Notes: a model not told the origin generated them from the sequence alone. Positions 1 through 4,794 are shown, counted from the first letter of the stretch. The stretch: DNA of 28,634 bases from a virus (IMGVR_UViG_3300037502_000757:1-28634); one strand, 5' to 3'. Translations and numbers: made by a program.

Positions 1-126
1 ATAGTACAGAACTGCCCCATCTGGTTGCCGGGTAAGTGATAGTTCTTTTAAGTTCTTTTTCTTTCTTTCTGCCGAGCAGAATGGACACTTAGCTCTGGCA
101 GTCTGTCCAGAGAATTCCGGAATCAT
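1..126 (-). CDS. 5' part of a phage primase-helicase (Twinkle/T7 gp4-like N-terminal zinc finger), truncated by the window edge
   Basis: My translation from ATG at 126: MIPEFSGQTARAKCPFCSAERKKKNLKELSLTRQPDGAVLYY. The CPxCSxxRKKK...LSL...G.V.Y pattern resembles the Zn-binding domain of Twinkle-like primase-helicases. RBS-like GAGG upstream. Confidence 0.6.
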   Translation of the reverse strand, partial: MIPEFSGQTARAKCPFCSAERKKKNLKELSLTRQPDGAVLYY

Positions 127-151
127 TTACGCCTCTTAGTCCTCTTCAGTC

Positions 152-388
152 TTACTTCATTGAACCGTCTCGGTTTCTTTTAAAGCTGCGGTTCTTAGAC
201 GGTGCTTGTAGTTTTACTCCATCTTTGTTACTTCCTCCTTTTGATAACGCTACAACGTGGGATACATCTTTGCCCTTACGGGCAACACCTTTCTTATCTA
301 ACGCCCGGCGAGCACGCTGCCTCTCCATCCGGTTGTCGTGCTCACCTCGCTCTTGTTGAGTCTTGTACTCTTGTTTGTAATCTCTCAC
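152..388 (-). CDS. Small HNH-type endonuclease-like protein
   Basis: MRDYKQEY...RARR...GKDVSHVVALSKGGSN...NRS matches the common small phage HNH family (GKDVxH..L.KGG.N). Confidence 0.75.
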   Translation of the reverse strand: MRDYKQEYKTQQERGEHDNRMERQRARRALDKKGVARKGKDVSHVVALSKGGSNKDGVKLQAPSKNRSFKRNRDGSMK

Positions 389-509
389 GCTCTATCTCCT
401 CTAACGCTAGTCTTAGATCGACTATCGTTTTAGCAAACTTAGCTTTGATGGGGTACTCCTCCATCAAGCTCAACGCCGCCCGGATCGCGGACTCGGTAGC
501 TTCCAGCAT
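342..509 (-). CDS. Hypothetical protein (55 aa)
   Basis: My translation MLEATESAIRAALSLMEEYPIKAKFAKTIVDLRLALEEIERERLQTRVQDSTRAR. Same strand as its neighbours and overlaps the HNH start. Confidence 0.45.
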   Translation of the reverse strand: MLEATESAIRAALSLMEEYPIKAKFAKTIVDLRLALEEIERERLQTRVQDSTRAR

Positions 510-837
510 CACAACCCTTGGCAGATTCTCTTAACCAAAAACAAATCGGCGGCTCTACCAACACTGCGGGGACTAGCCGCCTACCCTTACAACGTCCCGT
601 AGATACTGTAAACATCCCGTGCTTTTAAAGTGTAATAGAACCTCACCCGTAAAAAAACGGGTAGAACAAGGATGCTCTCGTTTATCTAGGCTGGTTTCAG
701 GTTTCCCTTCCACCCCGAGCAACTGGCCCCGTTCGCTTGCGCTACTGAAGTACCACCCGGTTTGCCACGTTTATCCGATTCGGTCGCATCTACCTCGTCG
801 AGGGCTGGGTTATGGCCCCGGCGGTTGCGACAAGCCA

Positions 838-942
838 ATAAAAAAACCCACTGGGCGACAGGCTTTAGGCTTGGTTTGCCGCATACAAGAGATGCACAAC
901 CATCTTCTTGCAGCTTTGACGAAGCCCGGCCCCCAGTGGGTT
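838..942 (-). ncRNA. C4-like antisense RNA ending in a U-tract
   Basis: Perfect 11-bp closing stem AACCCACUGGG (942-932)/CCCAGUGGGUU (855-845), followed by a U-run. Internal stems GGGCUU/AAGCCU and CAAGA/UCUUG. Single-stranded ACCAAGCC (875-868) is complementary to upstream GGCUUGGU (982-975). Layout resembles phage P1/P7 C4 and P4 CI RNAs. Confidence 0.65.
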
Positions 943-962
943 CGGATTCGCTGTTGTGAGCT

Positions 963-990
963 ACCCATCGGGTTACCAAGCCGATAGGTG
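963..990 (-). promoter_or_regulatory. Leader hairpin carrying the antisense target site (c4 a1b1-like)
   Basis: CCUAUCGG-CUUGGUAAC-CCGAUGGG hairpin just after the predicted TSS. It contains GGCUUGGU, the complement of ACCAAGCC in the downstream RNA. Confidence 0.55.
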
Positions 991-995
991 ATGAG

Positions 996-1024
996 AGTTT
1001 CCTACAACATTTTTAGTCTGTCAA
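996..1024 (-). promoter_or_regulatory. Sigma70-type promoter for the C4-like/replication transcript
   Basis: TTGACA (1024-1019), 17-nt spacer, GAAACT (1001-996). Predicted TSS near 989, at the start of the leader hairpin. Confidence 0.6.
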
Positions 1025-1341
1025 ATCCCCCTGCCAGAAGGCTTACAAGGCCATGTCGTCCGCAGCAGGTTCGTAATCAAGCTATCAGCCGAGAAGTGCC
1101 TGCTGCCGGGGTTTCTTGTCAGGTGACCCTTAACAAGGTCTCTGACCTGCCCTGTAGTGATATTAGCGGGGGGGCAATGAGTTACCCCATCTCCCGTGTC
1201 TGATACACCTACTACATATCCCAAGGCCATTGATCGATCCACGATGTGGTCTGATTCCATTTTGGCAAGAAGGTCATTGCCAGAATAGAACTCAGCCTGA
1301 GCAGTAGAACATACCAACAACAACGCTACAGCTATTCTCAT
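1021..1341 (-). CDS. Rap1a/Tai-family immunity-like secreted protein
   Basis: ATG at 1341 has RBS GGAGAGG. Signal peptide MRIAVALLLVCSTAQA, then F.SGNDLL..., GYVVGVSD, CPP..T.GQ..D.V, and a WPC C-terminus, all typical of Rap1a-family proteins. Confidence 0.75.
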   Translation of the reverse strand: MRIAVALLLVCSTAQAEFYSGNDLLAKMESDHIVDRSMALGYVVGVSDTGDGVTHCPPANITTGQVRDLVKGHLTRNPGSRHFSADSLITNLLRTTWPCKPSGRGI

Positions 1342-1358
1342 TATCCTCTCCAGTCTTC

Positions 1359-1477
1359 CCAACACGGCTGGGGGCTGGCATCCCTACACCGCCGAGACGC
1401 TGAGTCGAACAGCATCCCCACCTGTAGCCCCAGAGCGGCTTGTGCTAGGTTGCACAGCCAACCCCCATGCGTGTTGG
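1359..1477 (-). ncRNA. Structured RNA cassette 1 (119 nt) closed by the conserved stem
   Basis: CCAACACGCAUGGGGGUUGGC...GCCAGCCCCCAGCCGUGUUGG. The interior has three hairpins, one with a UUCGACU T-loop (1409-1403). Confidence 0.7.
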
Positions 1478-1498
1478 CCCCGTCTTTCCGGGGTGTCA
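1478..1498 (-). repeat. 21-nt hairpin repeat UGACACCCCGGAAAGACGGGG, copy A
   Basis: Identical to 1667-1687. CCCCG/CGGGG stem with GAAAGA loop. Confidence 0.85.
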
Positions 1499-1615
1499 GC
1501 GGGGCCAGATGTGTGCAGTCACGGTTCGTTGCACACCCACGGCCTAAAAGCCCTTTTTAAAGGCACTTAGGCTGAACCGCTAAGGTTTCCAGTTATTCCC
1601 CCGCCGGGGAAACTC

Positions 1616-1661
1616 CACGGGACACTTTCGTGTTTCGTCTCATCAAGACTCATCAGCCGTG
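1616..1661 (-). ncRNA. Type I hammerhead ribozyme
   Basis: Minus strand reads CACGG CUGAUGA GUCU-UGAUG-AGAC GAAA CAC-GAAA-GUG UC CCGUG. The CUGAUGA/GAAA/UH core is complete and stems I-III all pair. GUC cleavage triplet, with the cut predicted between 1621 and 1620. Confidence 0.92.
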
Positions 1662-1666
1662 CTAGT

Positions 1667-1687
1667 CCCCGTCTTTCCGGGGTGTCA
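1667..1687 (-). repeat. 21-nt hairpin repeat UGACACCCCGGAAAGACGGGG, copy B
   Basis: Identical to 1478-1498. Lies just 5' of the hammerhead. Confidence 0.85.
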
Positions 1688-1765
1688 TCTCAGGTCTATC
1701 CGCCCGGGGCTGAGTCACCCGTGGTATCGCACCGTAGCCACACGGATCCGGCTTGCTGGTCGTCA

Positions 1766-1914
1766 CCAACACGGCTGGGGACTGAGGCGGGATTCGAACC
1801 CTTACCGGACTCCTCTCGGCTAACCATAGCGCCTGTCCGTTTGCCTTCCGACTTTCAGCGAGCCTCCTGAAGTGCGGCTACACCCCCTCGCCTCTCAATC
1901 CCCATGCGTGTTGG
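1766..1914 (-). ncRNA. Structured RNA cassette 2 (149 nt) with a tRNA-like 3' half
   Basis: CCAACACGCAUGGGGAUUGAG...CUCAGUCCCCAGCCGUGUUGG. A GGG-UUCGAAU-CCC T-arm lies just before the closing stem. Confidence 0.7.
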
Positions 1915-2002
1915 TTGTCGGTGGCGCACTGGGTTCGGGGCTTATCGATTCCCTCCCAGTGCATTGACAATGAATACGGTACTCCGTCCATGCCCTGCCC
2001 CA

Positions 2003-2083
2003 CCAACACGGCTGGGGACTCTACGGACTTGCACCGCCATCCTAATGAGCCGCCCTATGCGGTCAAACCCCCATGCGTGTTGG
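2003..2083 (-). ncRNA. Structured RNA cassette 3 (81 nt)
   Basis: CCAACACGCAUGGGGGUU...AGUCCCCAGCCGUGUUGG. Interior has a CCGC/GCGG hairpin and a CGG-UGCAAGU-CCG T-loop-like hairpin. Confidence 0.7.
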
Positions 2084-2189
2084 TCCTGATCCCGCAGCTT
2101 CAACCAGTCAGGCCTAGTTCTAATAACGCACCAGCGGGTTAGCTTGTTGGTAATAACCGATTCTGACTACTGTCGATACCTCGACTTTC

Positions 2190-2267
2190 CCAACACGGCT
2201 GAGCACTCCTCTCCGGTTCGGATTTGCCGGATGGGCAAGTCAATGCCCGAATGCTCATGCGTCTTGG
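2190..2267 (-). ncRNA. Structured RNA cassette 4 (78 nt)
   Basis: CCAAGACGCAUGAGCAUUC...GAGUGCUCAGCCGUGUUGG, with a compensatory GGGG/CCCC to GAGC/GCUC change. Two internal hairpins, GGGCA/UGCCC and UCCGG/CCGGA. Confidence 0.7.
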
Positions 2268-2349
2268 TGGCCTGTGCGGGACTCGAACCCTCACGCCTAC
2301 CGGCAACAGATTTTAAGTCTGTCGTGTCTACCTATTCCACCAACAGGCC
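2265..2349 (-). tRNA. tRNA-Leu (anticodon UAA)
   Basis: Acceptor stem GGCCUGU/ACAGGCC, discriminator A and encoded CCA. D-arm GUGGAAUAGGUAGACAC, anticodon arm ACAGA-CUUAAAA-UCUGU, long variable arm, T-arm GAGGG-UUCGAGU-CCCGC (one mismatch). Confidence 0.93.
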
Positions 2350-2408
2350 AGATATTAGCATAACGATAGTGCGAACAATAGCTCATTGTATTTTTTAATC
2401 GACTCCTA

Positions 2409-2417
2409 TGTTATGAT
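2409..2417 (+). promoter_or_regulatory. Extended -10 promoter element (TG-T-TATGAT)
   Basis: TGn plus TATGAT (5/6 match to TATAAT) in an AT-rich intergenic stretch. Predicted TSS near 2424. Confidence 0.5.
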
Positions 2418-2422
2418 AGCTT

Positions 2423-2483
2423 TGTGCTTCGTAGCACACTTCCTCCTTCAGTCTTTTGGCCCCCGCGTGGGGCCATTTTTTTT
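2423..2483 (+). ncRNA. Candidate small RNA (~60 nt) with an anti-Shine-Dalgarno segment
   Basis: 5' hairpin UGUGC-UUCGUA-GCACA, unpaired CUUCCUCCUU (2439-2448), then an intrinsic terminator. Confidence 0.5.
2457..2483 (+). terminator. Rho-independent terminator
   Basis: TGGCCCC-CGCGT-GGGGCCA followed by T8. The U-tract exists only on the plus strand. Confidence 0.8.
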
Positions 2484-2490
2484 AAGCTTC

Positions 2491-2871
2491 TTATAGCTCC
2501 ACTTCCTTTAGCCGCCACAGGCCACCTTCTTTATCCCACCCGTGGATAAGGATTCTCCATCCTGACTTCAACATCTCCGGATAAGCCTCTGTCTCCTCTA
2601 TCTTGGTTCTCCTAGAGGATACGTTTGCCCTACTTGTAACCTGTACAGCTACGGTTTCGTTGTTCCCAATACAGAGCAGATCGATACACCCGAACAAGTC
2701 GTGCTTCCTGCGGGTGAAAGCGTTGTAGTGCTCTACAACCGCGACTACATACCCCCTGTCTCTCATCTCTGCCATAGACCTTGGCGTCAGACTTGCAGGC
2801 TTCTTTTTCCGCTTAGGCTTCACTAGCGCTTGCACATCGTCTTCAATAGTGCTATCGTCTGGTTTCGACAT
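2491..2871 (-). CDS. PD-(D/E)XK-fold nuclease (resolvase-like)
   Basis: GY.V..VEH.N.F....DLFG.IDLL...AVQVTS...GW.I.IHGW is a recurrent phage restriction-endonuclease-fold family. Start uncertain (ATG 2871 or GTG 2823). Confidence 0.65.
   Translation of the reverse strand: MSKPDDSTIEDDVQALVKPKRKKKPASLTPRSMAEMRDRGYVVAVVEHYNAFTRRKHDLFGCIDLLCIGNNETVAVQVTSRANVSSRRTKIEETEAYPEMLKSGWRILIHGWDKEGGLWRLKEVEL
2830..2858 (+). promoter_or_regulatory. Sigma70 promoter for the rightward operon
   Basis: TTGCAC (2830-2835), 17-nt spacer, TATCGT (2853-2858) with extended TG at 2850-2851. Ends 23 nt before ATG 2882. Confidence 0.6.
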
Positions 2872-2881
2872 GGAGACCTCG

Positions 2882-3790
2882 ATGAAAGTAACGAATAGTT
2901 ATGGGGTTCCTGAGCCGCTGATGACGCTGGCGTCTCGGGAATACTACTCCAAGGGGAAGAGTGACTACAGTGTGACGGAGCTTCTTTCCCCGCCCCGGGT
3001 GAGACGGTTGAGGGAACAATACAGCGAACACCTTGTCTCGGATGTCACGGACATGATGTGGCAGATGCTTGGTTCTGCCTTGCACGTAGTTATGGAGCGG
3101 GGTGAAACCCCGGGCTGGATCTCAGAAGAGCGGGTCTTTCTAGAGATCGACGGGGTAACGATCTCGGGGCAGATTGATCTTCAACAGGAGACCCCTGACG
3201 GTTTGATCCTGTACGACTACAAGTTCACCTCCGCGTGGGCGGTGATGAACGACAAGATCGAATGGGAGCAACAGTTAAACCTGTACGGCTGGCTCTTGAG
3301 AAAGGTCAAGAACAAGAACATCGCCGGGCTTAGGATCTGCGCTCTTATCCGGGACTGGAGTAAGCACGATACCCGGGAGGGTTATCCACCAAAACAAATA
3401 CACGTTATCGATATCCCGCTCTGGGATTTTGAGACGGCGGATAGGTTCGTAAGAACCCGGCTGGATCAGCACAAGGAGTCTAAGGTCACTACCGACTTAG
3501 GCGGAACCCTGTCTCTCTGTACGCCGGACGAACGATGGCAGTCAGAAACCATGTACGCAGTAAGGAGAGAAGGGAGAAAAACAGCAATCAAAGTCTTAAG
3601 AGATCGTAACGAAGCCAAGCAACTAGCAGAAAAGGAAAAAGGATATGTCGAAGTCAGGAACGGGGAACCCAAGCGGTGTACCGGAAACTACTGTGGAGTC
3701 GCAGAGTTCTGCGACCAATATCGAATGGAACTTGCTGAAGCTGAACGTCAACGAGCACACGGAGAAGAAGCAGAACCTAACGTATCTTAG
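2882..3790 (+). CDS. Cas4-like PD-(D/E)XK exonuclease (recombination nuclease)
   Basis: SVTELL.PPR, G.A.H, SEER, ISGQIDL, DYKFTS, QLN.Y motifs and C-terminal Cys cluster (C...C....C.....C). RBS GGAG at 2872-2875. Confidence 0.8.
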   Translation: MKVTNSYGVPEPLMTLASREYYSKGKSDYSVTELLSPPRVRRLREQYSEHLVSDVTDMMWQMLGSALHVVMERGETPGWISEERVFLEIDGVTISGQIDLQQETPDGLILYDYKFTSAWAVMNDKIEWEQQLNLYGWLLRKVKNKNIAGLRICALIRDWSKHDTREGYPPKQIHVIDIPLWDFETADRFVRTRLDQHKESKVTTDLGGTLSLCTPDERWQSETMYAVRREGRKTAIKVLRDRNEAKQLAEKEKGYVEVRNGEPKRCTGNYCGVAEFCDQYRMELAEAERQRAHGEEAEPNVS

Positions 3791-4364
3791 TTGGGCGTGG
3801 GCATGGCAGGAAGCGTTAAAGGCAGATCCGAAAGCTTCTTTCAAGGTTCACACGTTCTCAACCGTAGAAGACGGTGCAAGTCCTGTCATGAACATCAACG
3901 GGACGGGAATGGTCTGGGTGGATGTAACCCTTAACGGGACTACGAGAACAGGCTTTCTGCCGGTTATGGATCACCGGAATAAACCTATCCCCGAGCCGGA
4001 TGCGTTTCAGGTAAACACCGCTCTTATGCGGTGCATGACCAAGACCCTAGCCTTGTTTGGTTTAGGCCTCTACATCTACGCCGGGGAAGATCTGCCGGAA
4101 AACGATGCAGACGTAAAGCCGTTACCTCCGCCGGGAGTAAAACAGCCAGAACCCAATAAAGAACCCAAGGCAGATCCGAACCTAGAACTCTTTGCAGAGA
4201 AGATGAAAGAGATGGTGACCATCGCTACTACTAAGGATGAACTCCGAGAGTTCTGGAAGGCCAACCTGCCTCAGTTGGACATCCTTAAGACTGAGAACCC
4301 CGACCTGTTCAAGTCAGTTCTAAAAACGTTCAAAGACGCTCAGTCACAAATGGAGCCAGCATGA
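3645..4364 (+). CDS. DUF1071/Sak3-like single-strand annealing protein
   Basis: L.LNVNEH.EKK..LTYLSWAWAW, LPVMDHRNK, NTALMRC..K..ALFGLGLYIYAGEDLP signature. Start uncertain (ATG 3645 or TTG 3732). Confidence 0.85.
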   Translation: MSKSGTGNPSGVPETTVESQSSATNIEWNLLKLNVNEHTEKKQNLTYLSWAWAWQEALKADPKASFKVHTFSTVEDGASPVMNINGTGMVWVDVTLNGTTRTGFLPVMDHRNKPIPEPDAFQVNTALMRCMTKTLALFGLGLYIYAGEDLPENDADVKPLPPPGVKQPEPNKEPKADPNLELFAEKMKEMVTIATTKDELREFWKANLPQLDILKTENPDLFKSVLKTFKDAQSQMEPA

Positions 4365-4504
4365 GATCTTATAAGACTCTATCAATGCCTCTAGACATCA
4401 TTGCTCAGTTGGATGAAGTCAAGCGGGAGCTAGAGAAGAAGTTCGGGGTCAAGTTCTCTTACCCTCAAGTAGTTACCTACCTTGTTAAACACAGGAGCAT
4501 CTAA
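4361..4504 (+). CDS. Small putative DNA-binding protein (47 aa, RHH-like)
   Basis: MRSYKTLSMPLDIIAQLDEVKRELEKKFGVKFSYPQVVTYLVKHRSI. Start and stop overlap both neighbours. Confidence 0.6.
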   Translation: MRSYKTLSMPLDIIAQLDEVKRELEKKFGVKFSYPQVVTYLVKHRSI

Positions 4505-4794
4505 TGTACGAGCAGCGTAAAGACTCTGGCCGGTTGATGGCCTCGCAGACCAAGAAGCACGAGAAGTCCCCCGACTACTGGGGAGAGATCGCTATCGACG
4601 TTAAAGACCTGACGAAGGTCGAACAAGTGAACGGTCTTCTGGTCTTCAAGATCAACGGCTGGAAGCGCAAGACCCAAGCAGGTGCTACGTATTTGAGTCT
4701 AGCCATCGACCGGTACGTCAGTGATCGAGCACCTAAACCCCAAAAACCTGTCGCCAAGAAATCGTTTGACGATCTGGAAGACGACTTCGTATGA
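4504..4794 (+). CDS. Putative phage ssDNA-binding protein (DUF736-like)
   Basis: SG.L...K..EK.PDY.G, GWK.....G..YLSL motifs and acidic tail DDLEDDFV. Lies downstream of the annealing protein. Confidence 0.6.
   Translation: MYEQRKDSGRLMASQTKKHEKSPDYWGEIAIDVKDLTKVEQVNGLLVFKINGWKRKTQAGATYLSLAIDRYVSDRAPKPQKPVAKKSFDDLEDDFV

Noticed and set aside
619-987. ORFs 619-987 (+), 686-979 (-), 762-959 (+)
   Set aside because: They overlap the C4-like RNA and terminator, with no RBS or recognisable motifs. Treated as spurious.
1384-1884. Shared 7-mer GGUGUAG in cassettes 1 and 2 as a common seed sequence
   Set aside because: Only 7 nt in two of four units and in different structural positions, which is compatible with chance.
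1499-2189. HDV-like (theta), twister or pistol ribozymes in the spacers
   Set aside because: Pseudoknot-like pairings exist, but I could not find the HDV L3 and J4/2 consensus or the twister/pistol conserved nucleotides.
1359-2267. CRISPR array or TIGR-type guide array, given the repeats and a Cas4-like gene nearby
   Set aside because: The repeats are paired inverted arms enclosing variable-length structured interiors at irregular spacing. There is no constant repeat-spacer period, no box C/D-like motifs, and no cas1/cas2 or Nop-domain gene. The Cas4-like gene sits in an ordinary recombination module.
1359-2267. MITEs or REP-like DNA elements
   Set aside because: No target-site duplications or transposase. 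Strand-specific G-U pairs and unrelated interiors favour RNA-level structure, although a DNA-level role is not fully excluded.
2352-2385. Promoter for the tRNA/RNA-array transcript
   Set aside because: Candidate -10 hexamers exist (TATGCT 2362-2357, TAATAT 2357-2352) but no well-spaced -35. Too weak to call, and the array may be read through from the upstream minus-strand gene.
1366-2400. Plus-strand ORFs 1682-1870, 1904-2089, 1915-2142, 2144-2398
   Set aside because: They lack RBSs, have non-protein-like composition, and lie antisense to the tRNA and structured RNAs.
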